DNA of 64,000 nt from the NCBI GenBank assembly GCA_965208675.1, contig OZ242351.1, positions 736,001 to 800,000 on the forward strand. The letters run 5' to 3'. Position numbers and translations under genes: made by a program. The notes beneath the pieces were generated by a model, which saw only the letters and a list, made by a program, of their open reading frames with translations, was not told the DNA's origin and searched no databases. Each line of letters starts with the position of its first letter. Within the stretch, counting starts at the first letter, position 1. The DNA comes from Candidatus Poribacteria bacterium (GTDB lineage: Bacteria > Poribacteria > WGA-4E > PCPOR2b). Below are positions 10,679 to 19,113 of the stretch, one piece after another.

Positions 10679-11209
10679 TCACGATGAACAATCGATCTTC
10701 GATTCTTGGTCGATTTCAAAATGTATTTCTGAAAGGTTGGGAAGCAACAATATGTAGGCGTCTTCACCGTCATCCGGATAATATTTCCGGCGAAAGTCGG
10801 CAATCTCAAAGCCGAATTGACGATAAAGGTTTAGCGCCGGCAGATTGCTGGTACGCACCTCCAAGAAGACTGCTCTTCCGCCCTGTTCCCTAATGTCCTC
10901 TAGGGATCGCGCGAGTAGGTATTTGCCAACATTTTGGCGGCGGCAAGTCGGCGCCACTGCAAAGTTTGTGATATGAACGTAATCCTCAACCATTAAAAAG
11001 TTAATGAATGCAATCGGCGTGCCTTTAGCGCGAGCGACGAGAAAATGGCAGTGTGGATTCGTCCGGTTTGCGCCCTGCTTAAAGGCAATCTCTGGCCAAG
11101 GGAAAGCAAATGATTGACGTTCAATCTCTAACACAGTCGGGAGATCGCTTTGCTGCAAATGGTTAATCTGAATGTCGATTGGAGGAAGTTTTACGTTGAC
11201 AATTTTCAA
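10679..11209 (-). CDS. rimI: Ribosomal-protein-alanine N-acetyltransferase (GNAT)
   Basis: Motifs IERQSF..PW, HITNFAV, LEVRTSNLPALNLY and RRKYYPDDGEDA. Confidence 0.9.
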   Translation of the reverse strand: MKIVNVKLPPIDIQINHLQQSDLPTVLEIERQSFAFPWPEIAFKQGANRTNPHCHFLVARAKGTPIAFINFLMVEDYVHITNFAVAPTCRRQNVGKYLLARSLEDIREQGGRAVFLEVRTSNLPALNLYRQFGFEIADFRRKYYPDDGEDAYILLLPNLSEIHFEIDQESKIDCSS

Positions 11210-11271
11210 CTTGCGGTTCTAACCTATTTCAGTCTTGATTCGCCTCGCCGAACGTTCAATCTCACTGCTTC

Positions 11272-11300
11272 ATTTTAGCCTCAAGTCGTCCTTCTGTCAA
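11272..11300 (-). promoter_or_regulatory. Sigma70 promoter for rimI
   Basis: Minus strand TTGACA-17-TAAAAT. Confidence 0.65.
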
Positions 11301-11343
11301 TCCTGTTATGCAGAGTTGTTTACGCTGTAAACGATAGAAATGC

Positions 11344-11373
11344 TTGACAGACAGGCGATATAGAAACTAAAAT
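11344..11373 (+). promoter_or_regulatory. Divergent sigma70 promoter
   Basis: TTGACA-18-TAAAAT, back-to-back with the rimI promoter. Confidence 0.5.
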
Positions 11374-11590
11374 TTGGTGAATGCGAATGCGTTCAGAAAG
11401 ATAGGCTGACCCAAGCAAATTCTAGCGTTCGATTCATTATCTCCACGGCATAATGACATTCAAATTACTCAGAGAGGGATAATGGCAATTTGGGTTGTAA
11501 TTAATCGTGTATTCTCCGGGAATTCCCCCTGTACCTGGAATTGTCAACAAAGGAGCGTGGGTTTAATTTACTAACAAAAAGGTAACCAAT

Positions 11591-12334
11591 ATGATACCTA
11601 CACCTGTCCTAGTGTCTTGGTCTTCAGGTAAAGACTCCGCATGGGCGCTCTACACGCTGCGCAAGCAGCCAGAACGTTATGACGTACGCGGAATATTTAC
11701 TACGATAACTAAGACATTTGATAGGGTTTCAATTCATTCTACACCATCGTGGATTTTAGAGCAGCAAGCCCAGAGATTAGACTTGCCACTGTACGAGATT
11801 CCTATCCCCTATCCCTGCTCTGACTCACAGTATGAGTCTGCTATGAGAGCGTTCCTTAATCAAATTCAGGAACTGCCCGCGGATATCGCCGCGTCACATC
11901 TTGCATTTGGAGACCTCTTCCTTGAGGACATTCGGAAGTATCGTGAGGAAAAATTGGTCGGGACGGGCTTCACACCGATTTTCCCGGTATGGGGGCAAGA
12001 CACCACATTACTTGCTCGAAGGATGATTGGGTCGGGAATGCGGGCGATTGTTACTGCGCTTAATCCAACCATGATACCAGCAGAATTCGCCGGCAAATGG
12101 TTCGATTCCAACTTTTTAGCGGACTTACCGGAGGAAGTAGACCCGCTGGGCGAGAACGGAGAGTTTCATACGTGTGTCGTTGATGGTCCGATGTTCAGCA
12201 GCGCTATTGCAGCCAAACCCGGAAGAATTGTAGAGCGAAAAATTGCCGCCGCTTCAAATGAAGGTGATGACCTAGACAACGCCGAAAATGTCTCCCCGGC
12301 GTACGTTTACGCTGACGTAGTTCCATTGACCTGA
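11591..12334 (+). CDS. Adenine nucleotide alpha-hydrolase (Dph6/MJ0570-like PP-loop ATPase)
   Basis: PP-loop SWSSGKDS, FGDLFLEDIRKYRE and DPLGENGEFHT. Confidence 0.9.
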   Translation: MIPTPVLVSWSSGKDSAWALYTLRKQPERYDVRGIFTTITKTFDRVSIHSTPSWILEQQAQRLDLPLYEIPIPYPCSDSQYESAMRAFLNQIQELPADIAASHLAFGDLFLEDIRKYREEKLVGTGFTPIFPVWGQDTTLLARRMIGSGMRAIVTALNPTMIPAEFAGKWFDSNFLADLPEEVDPLGENGEFHTCVVDGPMFSSAIAAKPGRIVERKIAAASNEGDDLDNAENVSPAYVYADVVPLT

Positions 12335-12486
12335 GGCTTTCCTACAAACTGCCGAAACGGACAGCCTTAGCCCATCACTGATTTGTTGTTGTGTCCATCA
12401 ATTTCGAAGTATTGGCAGTTGAGCTAATAAAAACGGCTCCGTACTAGGTTGACTTGTCGTACTGGAGTTACTTTAGGTTATCTGCT

Positions 12487-13191
12487 TCACTCGAACTTGA
12501 TCTTACTTCTTTTGTAGGAACCATCACTCGCGATCTCTGTGATTATCTCTATTCCATTCTCTAAACCGCCAATTCTTGATACAACCCAGACAACGTCCTT
12601 CTCTTTAGTGTAACCCGTTTGATACTTATCAATCTTAAAAACATGGATGAAATCCTCTGCACATCCTCGTTCAGCGGGGAAAGGCACGTACTTGTGAGTC
12701 TGGTCTTTCATGTGTATGAACCCGTAACCATCTATCATTCCCTCGTCAGCCATTTTGATTACGACCCAGTTCTTCGAGAACAAGATGTGCCAACCGCTAT
12801 ACATTCCCATATCGTTGTCTATCACAAACTTTTTGTTTCCTTTCCTATCGTAAACCTCGATTTCCCTTCCATTAATCGGGGGCACATGGGCTCTGTCTGG
12901 ATAGTCCCCGTTTCTGTAAATGAGGAGATATTCAGGTTTGTACGCTCTTTGGTCATAGAACACCTCGTCCTTGATATACCCGCGTCTGTTTTCGATCGGT
13001 GTTTCGGGTCGCATATCTTCATATGGTGTTTCAGGTTTAAGCGATAGTGTTTTGACTACCTTGCCATTTTCCTTAAAAATTACTTGGTTGTCTTCTACCT
13101 CAAATGTAGATTTTTCTGTGTAACTGTGAACGCCTAGCGTAAAAATTGTGAACAATACAGCCGCTACAAGAGCCAGCGTAATTAGTCGCAT
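12487..13191 (-). CDS. Hypothetical exported protein (AT-rich, Lys-rich)
   Basis: AGGAGG RBS before ATG 13191 and an N-terminal hydrophobic signal. No family recognised. Confidence 0.7.
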   Translation of the reverse strand: MRLITLALVAAVLFTIFTLGVHSYTEKSTFEVEDNQVIFKENGKVVKTLSLKPETPYEDMRPETPIENRRGYIKDEVFYDQRAYKPEYLLIYRNGDYPDRAHVPPINGREIEVYDRKGNKKFVIDNDMGMYSGWHILFSKNWVVIKMADEGMIDGYGFIHMKDQTHKYVPFPAERGCAEDFIHVFKIDKYQTGYTKEKDVVWVVSRIGGLENGIEIITEIASDGSYKRSKIKFE

Positions 13192-13368
13192 GTGCAAACC
13201 TCTCCTCCTTCTAACCGGCAATTGGATGGTTAAAATTCTGCCTACTGGGTCGATTTTCTTTGCCTTGTCTTAACGCAATGGCGACATGCCAATTTTTGGT
13301 TGCTAAAGTTTTATTTTTTTGATTGGACTCTCGTTCACGGGACAGTGGGCAGGGAATGCTAGACAAAT

Positions 13369-15249
13369 TCAATTGCATGGGTTTATTACAGTCGACAATG
13401 TTTCAATGAGTTCATCAAGGTACACGTGCCGAAAGAACTCTGAAAGCCGCTTCTGCCTCGGTTTAATCGGGAGCAAAATAAAGTCTGCGCGGTAAACTTG
13501 GATGGATTCAAATACCATGCGGTAGGCGTGACTCGTGGCGTAGCCAACAACCAGCGCATAATTGTCGCCGTGTTTGTCGAGATAGGCGTTGAACCGATCG
13601 ACGCCCAACTGGATTTGCGAGATGTTTCTGGGGGACAACTGGAAATCGTAGCGCACGACGGGTTCTTCAGTTTCAAATTCTTCAGGTACTGGCCCGTAAA
13701 GCCCCGAAAGCGTAACCTTGTGAATCTCCTGTTGATTCTCTCCAAAAGCCGCTTTAAGCTTGGTATTGATGATAGCGTGCGTGCGGGACAGTGAATACGG
13801 CTTTTTCCCCGCACAGGGTATTGCCAATAGCACCTTCTTGTCCCTCGGCGGCACATAACTATCTGGAATGACAAAGGAATCTGGCGTGTAATCCAGCGAG
13901 AGGTTTGTCACTTCTTCTCGAGTGGCTGGGAATAGTTCCAGTTGATTCGGGTTTCTCCTACCCGCACGCCGGTTTACCGAGGCGGGGACTGCCGCAATCG
14001 TTCTTGCCATCCGGCTGGTAAATGATTCATCGTTAGCCATCAACCAGTCGATAGCCGCACGGATGCCGCGGCCAGATGAAGCATGCCGGCACAATTCTTC
14101 TAGCGCATCATCGGCTTCAATAGCTCGTTTCATGCGAGACAGCAGTTCTGCTTCCAACTCGAAATTATGTAAGGCAATTGCCGCGTAATATTCGCTCTTA
14201 TATTTTCCGGTCGAGGTCCGTTTATAGCTTGCCGCTTCCATTAAGGCGCCCTGCATCTCATCAAGCGAAACCTCGCTGCATATTCGGCAGGTACAAGTTA
14301 GCTCATCCAACTCCATTAGTTTTCGCTTTGCTCGGGTCAATGGATCCGCATAGTTGAGGCCGCGCGCCGCCTGAATATAACTAGTGCTGTCAAAGCTATC
14401 AATCCCCATGTATGCCAGGATAGGCGCGAGTTCGCCTGAGACCCCAAAAGCGTGGATGGGCGTATGTTGGCGTGCTGAATCCGGAATCGCCCTTTGAACC
14501 CCGCAGATTCGTTCTAGCACCTCCGAATCCTGCTTCCCGCGCAGCGGCACTAAGGAGCCAATCGCAAGCCCGAACGCGGGCAGCACGCCCATAAGACGGT
14601 CAAAAACCCTTTTGACATAATCTTCAATATCCGACTGCGACTGCCCATGGCAGCAAACGTATAAAAAGGGCGGTTGCGCTTTGGTTGAGAGCAAAGTTGC
14701 CACACGGCAGGCGTTCTCCAAACTGAGGCTCATCCGTTTTTCGGCTTCGGAGCGTTCTAGCCCCGGCGGTAACGGATAGTCTAAGGAAGCGAAGATTTCT
14801 CCGCCAACGTCCTCTTGGAGCGCAAGGATATCATCGGCTTCGGTTTCCTTTTCAATACCAAATTCCGTTAAGTCTAACCCCGTGCTGTAAAGCAACTTAA
14901 ATCCGCCGGAGTCAAGAAACAGCGGGGCATTGTAGGCACCGTTTACCTCTTGGTACCATTCACGAATGGTTTTGGTGCGCCACTTCGTTAAGATTTTCCC
15001 ATTGATCGGGAAGTCCAGAAAGTGGAGGACTTGTGATAACATCGGCGTGTCACGTTTCATAAAATCGCGGAGCAGATATTTCCAGAGACCTCCGCCACGT
15101 GGAGTTGAGCCGGTCATAAATGAAACCACCGGATACAAAATCGGTGTTGACAGTGGTGATAAAACTTCGCCATTCCGTCGCAATCGAAGTTCGCCAATTC
15201 TGCCGTTTTTTCTTTGAACACTCGTATGGTACGTTGGGATTGTGGTCAT
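13369..15249 (-). CDS. tRNA/DNA-guanine transglycosylase family protein fused to an ArcS-type (DUF5591-like) C-terminal domain
   Basis: TGT motifs LDSGGF, SLDYP, AIGSLVP, PIHAFG, GIDSFDS and the Zn site CTCRIC...HN. C-terminal PCAGKKPYSLSRTH and LYGPVPEEFE. Confidence 0.85.
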   Translation of the reverse strand: MTTIPTYHTSVQRKNGRIGELRLRRNGEVLSPLSTPILYPVVSFMTGSTPRGGGLWKYLLRDFMKRDTPMLSQVLHFLDFPINGKILTKWRTKTIREWYQEVNGAYNAPLFLDSGGFKLLYSTGLDLTEFGIEKETEADDILALQEDVGGEIFASLDYPLPPGLERSEAEKRMSLSLENACRVATLLSTKAQPPFLYVCCHGQSQSDIEDYVKRVFDRLMGVLPAFGLAIGSLVPLRGKQDSEVLERICGVQRAIPDSARQHTPIHAFGVSGELAPILAYMGIDSFDSTSYIQAARGLNYADPLTRAKRKLMELDELTCTCRICSEVSLDEMQGALMEAASYKRTSTGKYKSEYYAAIALHNFELEAELLSRMKRAIEADDALEELCRHASSGRGIRAAIDWLMANDESFTSRMARTIAAVPASVNRRAGRRNPNQLELFPATREEVTNLSLDYTPDSFVIPDSYVPPRDKKVLLAIPCAGKKPYSLSRTHAIINTKLKAAFGENQQEIHKVTLSGLYGPVPEEFETEEPVVRYDFQLSPRNISQIQLGVDRFNAYLDKHGDNYALVVGYATSHAYRMVFESIQVYRADFILLPIKPRQKRLSEFFRHVYLDELIETLSTVINPCN

Positions 15250-15417
15250 GGTACAACGTTTTTTCCGTCGGTACGATTATGATTTAGGTATGCAGTAATA
15301 TTGACTAGAATCCAATCCATAGTCATTTAGGTTCAAATTTACACAAGGAGGAATCGGCTGATTGATAATCGAGGCTAGGAAGCCTCTCCCACAAACTAAT
15401 GAGCAAATGTACAATTT

Positions 15418-16572
15418 TTAGTCACAATGGCTATAAATTTCGGATTTATAACTTCCCTGTGCCATTGGGTTTGTACGTTCAGACGAACGGCAAAATGAAC
15501 TTCTTGACAAATGTGGCCTTTTTGTAGAACGTCCATCAGATAGCTCACCAAGGCGTTTTCGCGCAATCCCGATATACGATTCTTCTTTCTCAATCATCAC
15601 CCATTTTCGGTTATTTTTTTCTGCGGCGACTCCGGTCGTCCCGGTACCGGAAAACGGATCTAGAATAAGGTCACTTTCATTGGTTCCCGCCAGGACAAGC
15701 CGTTCAACGATTTGAAGAGGCTTTTGTGAAGGGTGTTTTCCATATCTTCTTTCCGACGGTTTAGTTAGCGGTATTTCCCACATGTTCCGCATCTGCTTAT
15801 TATTATTCATTGATTTCATTGTATGATAGTTGAACGTCCAATTCTTCGCCTTCTTACTTTCATTGTTGACTGCCCATAAAATGAACTCTGTCGACTCCGT
15901 GAACATCCTACAGGTAATATTCGGCTGTGCATTCGGTTTATACCAGACGATTTGGGTAATAATCCGGCGGTCAAAAATATTTTGCATAATAAACCCAAGC
16001 GTGAAGATACTGTGAAACGAACCGAAAACAAAGATATTTCCATTTCGCTTGACGACTCGTAGAATTTCGGTGACCCAATCGAGCGTGAACTGAACATATT
16101 CGTCTTTTGAAAAAATGTCCCAACCCTCCTGCATGGTAACATGGGAACTAAACGCCCACCCCAACCCTTTCTTTTGCGACATGTTGAACGGCGGGTCGGC
16201 AATGCAACAATCGAAGACGCTGTCCGGCATTGAAGGCAGGATGCTCAGGCAATCGCCGTGTAAAATTTGCTTTACAGAAAGATTCTCGGGTGAGGTATCG
16301 GAAGGTAAGATTAAATCCGAATCTAATGGCGTGAATTGTAATTGATTTTCTGACAGGACTGCGGGTTCGGCGCTGTCGTCCGGATTGAGATCGAGATTCG
16401 GGCGAGTTGGATGATCCCCCGTCGCAATATACTGAATCAGTTGGGCTTTATTCAAATACGAATATCTTTTTAATCCACGTTTTTTCGCCTCCTTTCTCAA
16501 ATCTCTGTCTCGCATTCGGTCGAAATTCATTGGATAGCCCTTTCTCAATTCCATGTCAACTAGTCGCGCCAA
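15418..16572 (-). CDS. Beta-class N6/N4 DNA methyltransferase (DpnA/M2.DpnII-like) with an N-terminal Rho_N-like helical domain
   Basis: DPPF precedes LDPFSGTGTT. WYKPNAQPNITCRMFTESTEFILWA, KQMRNMW and HPSQKP resemble DpnA. The N-terminus reads DLRKEAKKRGLKRYSYLNKAQLI. Confidence 0.9.
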   Translation of the reverse strand: MARLVDMELRKGYPMNFDRMRDRDLRKEAKKRGLKRYSYLNKAQLIQYIATGDHPTRPNLDLNPDDSAEPAVLSENQLQFTPLDSDLILPSDTSPENLSVKQILHGDCLSILPSMPDSVFDCCIADPPFNMSQKKGLGWAFSSHVTMQEGWDIFSKDEYVQFTLDWVTEILRVVKRNGNIFVFGSFHSIFTLGFIMQNIFDRRIITQIVWYKPNAQPNITCRMFTESTEFILWAVNNESKKAKNWTFNYHTMKSMNNNKQMRNMWEIPLTKPSERRYGKHPSQKPLQIVERLVLAGTNESDLILDPFSGTGTTGVAAEKNNRKWVMIEKEESYIGIARKRLGELSDGRSTKRPHLSRSSFCRSSERTNPMAQGSYKSEIYSHCD

Positions 16573-16672
16573 ACGGACAAATCTGCCAAGTCAAATAACA
16601 TGTGGAAAATGTCATCTTCAGAGATGTGTGTAAAAATATGACGTACAACTGAATCATAGGAAACCTTGGTAC

Positions 16673-16791
16673 TATAGTAACTACAACTAAAAATTACACA
16701 TATTAATCCGAATAAAAGAGGTGTCAACCTCCCTAGCCCCCCTTGTCAGGGGGGTATTTAATGTGTGTAAATATAAATGTAAATGGCTATA
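16673..16791. mobile_element. MITE-like AT-rich element with TATAG...CTATA ends and an internal REP-like hairpin
   Basis: Imperfect terminal inverted repeats of about 34 bp (TATAG...TTACACATATTAA / TTAATGTGTGTAA...CTATA) enclose CCCCCCT-TGTC-AGGGGGG (16737-16754). Confidence 0.55.
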
Positions 16792-16890
16792 CTAGCTACG
16801 CGGTGTCAGCGAACTTGCGGGATGCGCACAAGTAAAGCCAACGGTCATGTTGCGGGGCGATAGGTGTCGTTAAGACGGCATGCTCGCCCT

Positions 16891-17700
16891 CTATCGTCTT
16901 ACTGACTGTGTCGGACTAAAGAACGGGGTTTTGAGCATGCCCCAGGCTGTCTGCCATTGAAATTCATCGAATTCAGATAGCCCTAGTTCAATGCTGCCCG
17001 GTTGCTCTTTCAATCGAACGGTTCTTGCGACTCGATCCCAGACTGAAAAGATGCTCGAATAGTTAGAGTCGGTTTCCGGCTGAAATCGGGAGTGATGCAC
17101 GCGGTGCATATTGGGAGAGACGATTAACGCTCGAAGGCAGCGATCGTATTTTTCAGGCAAGTTAACGTTGCTATGATGGAATTGAATCACCGGAAGCAGA
17201 ATCAGCTCGTACAGGATGACTTGCCACAAGTCTAGTCCTAACAAAGGGATTAGCCCAAGCCTCAAGATTGACGAGATAACCAGTTCGCCAGTGTGAAAAC
17301 GGGTGGCGGTCGTCACATCCATGTCGGGGTCGCTGTGATGCATACGATGGAAACGCCAAAGGAATGGAATAGCATGATTGGCGCGGTGCCACAAATACAT
17401 CCAGCCGTCAAACACTAGAATGGCAATTAACGTCTCTGCCCAGATAGGGAAATTCAAAGCGTGCAACAATCCGGCGCTGCGGTCATGGCTCCAGCCAGCA
17501 ACCGCGGCGGTCAAGCCGGCAAAGACCAGTCCGATAATCGCCGTGTTTATTATGGCAATCGACAGGTTGCGTCCAGCGTGCCGAACCCGATGTCGGCGTT
17601 CCCGGAACAGCGGCATCCAAGTTTCTACACACCAGAGAATCAGTAAAACAGCGATTCCCAATATCGTCTTGGTCCCACTAAGCGTCGCTGCGAAATCCAT
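16891..17700 (-). CDS. Sterol desaturase/fatty acid hydroxylase family protein
   Basis: His boxes HRANH, HRMHH, FHH and HRVHH, plus TDSNYS. Confidence 0.92.
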   Translation of the reverse strand: MDFAATLSGTKTILGIAVLLILWCVETWMPLFRERRHRVRHAGRNLSIAIINTAIIGLVFAGLTAAVAGWSHDRSAGLLHALNFPIWAETLIAILVFDGWMYLWHRANHAIPFLWRFHRMHHSDPDMDVTTATRFHTGELVISSILRLGLIPLLGLDLWQVILYELILLPVIQFHHSNVNLPEKYDRCLRALIVSPNMHRVHHSRFQPETDSNYSSIFSVWDRVARTVRLKEQPGSIELGLSEFDEFQWQTAWGMLKTPFFSPTQSVRR

Positions 17701-17811
17701 TTTCCTACCCTAAGGTTGAGCCCAAGCCTGTGTGTGAGTGCTCGACGTTCTATTCGGTCATGTGATTCGTACCGAAGAGTACACCGCAATGAGTTGCGCC
17801 ATAACCTATAA

Positions 17812-19038
17812 TCACTCTCCAATCACAACGCCGTATTCGCCCACGACGGCGCCTCTGTGCTTGTCTTGATAGTGCATGTGCCGCTCTCCTACGATCGACT
17901 GTGTGCTCTGGACTTCGATAGTACCGAGAACATTTCCCATGGCGTTGTCGTCAACATCCCAACAGCAGAAGGGTTTAATAGTATTGTGAAGCTGTCTGAG
18001 TACATTTCCATGCCTATCACGAATCACGATGTTGACCATGGCATCAGCCTCATCGACGTTCAAGAAGCGAAACCAGTCATGCGCCCCGGTGTAGACTTCG
18101 GGAAAAAAGAGGTGGCGTCCGACATGTCCGCCCTCAGCCGATGCACCCGGGAGATCGACAATACTTGTGCCGCTGTGCATGTGGCGTTCCGCTGCGATGG
18201 ACTGGTCGCTCCGAGCTTCGAGGGAAGATTTTATTTTGATTGCATCCATATCTGGCGTCCAGCATTCAAACGAACTAAGTGTCTGTTCCGCCGACCACAC
18301 GGGGTTACCGGTGCCATCCTCTCTTGCTATGAGTGTAACTTTTGCCTCTTCCTGACCAACATTCACAACAATTGCCCAATCGTGCCAAGCTGGTCCAACT
18401 TCAGGGAAGTACAGTGTGGTTGGACCGTCCGAAATGACCTGCCCAAATTGACCGACCGAAGTTTGCCCCCCCTGATAGTGTAGATGCCGTTCACCAACAA
18501 CGGGTTGTGTGCTCTGCACTTCGACGGTTCCGACCACATTTCCCATGGTTTCCTCCGCGAGATCCCAAGTACAAAGCGGTGGAATCTGACGATGATGCTG
18601 TCTAATGACGTCTCCATTTCTGTTGCGGATTACCAGGTTCACTAGCGCTTCTGCTTCCCCAACATTCAAAAATCGAAACCAGTCTCGTGCGCCGGACACC
18701 AGTTCGGGAAAAAAAAGTCGTTGACCGACCGTTTCATATTCTTCGGCTGCGCCCACAAAATCCATAACATTGGTGCCGCCGTGCATATGCCGCTCTGCAA
18801 CAATCGGCTGGTCAGCCGTGAATTGCATGGAGGAATTCTCTCCAATTGCTTCAACATTGGGTGTCCAGCATTCAAACGCGTCAATTTCCTTTTCCTCGGA
18901 CCATATGGGCTGGCCATTCGCTGGATTCCTTGCAATTGCCAATACTTTTGTAGGCTCATTCCCGACATTGACTACCTGCACCCAATCTTCCCACGCGGGC
19001 CCGACTTCAGGGAAATAGAGTGTCGTTGCTCCTGGCAT
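17812..19038 (-). CDS. Hypothetical protein built from four ~100-aa repeats (ABAB)
   Basis: AGGAG RBS. Each repeat reads L(Y/F)FPE...DW...NV...ERH(M/L)H. Confidence 0.85.
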   Translation of the reverse strand: MPGATTLYFPEVGPAWEDWVQVVNVGNEPTKVLAIARNPANGQPIWSEEKEIDAFECWTPNVEAIGENSSMQFTADQPIVAERHMHGGTNVMDFVGAAEEYETVGQRLFFPELVSGARDWFRFLNVGEAEALVNLVIRNRNGDVIRQHHRQIPPLCTWDLAEETMGNVVGTVEVQSTQPVVGERHLHYQGGQTSVGQFGQVISDGPTTLYFPEVGPAWHDWAIVVNVGQEEAKVTLIAREDGTGNPVWSAEQTLSSFECWTPDMDAIKIKSSLEARSDQSIAAERHMHSGTSIVDLPGASAEGGHVGRHLFFPEVYTGAHDWFRFLNVDEADAMVNIVIRDRHGNVLRQLHNTIKPFCCWDVDDNAMGNVLGTIEVQSTQSIVGERHMHYQDKHRGAVVGEYGVVIGE

Positions 19039-19113
19039 CGTTACATCTCCTAAAATTTAGATACACACTTTACCGATGTCTCGGCGTAGAACATCGTCAG
19101 CTAAACTTCACTC

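Noticed and set aside
11525-11545. CCCTGTACCTG resembling the Alu domain of large SRP RNA
   Set aside because: No S-domain motif (CAGG...GGAA...AGCAG) follows, so this is a chance match.
11591-12334. PP-loop ATPase as a QueC-like partner of the TGT module
   Set aside because: It has Dph6/MJ0570-type motifs (GENGEFHT), lacks the QueC SGGxDS motif and Cys zinc cluster, and is on the opposite strand with its own promoter.
13369-15249. Housekeeping queuine tRNA-ribosyltransferase (tgt)
   Set aside because: It is much longer than bacterial Tgt, has HAFG rather than YLMG, carries an extra ArcS-type domain, and lacks the queA/yajC context.
15396-15593. Small ORF between the methyltransferase and TGT genes as a nuclease remnant
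   Set aside because: It overlaps the methyltransferase 3' end and has no PD-(D/E)xK or HNH motif.
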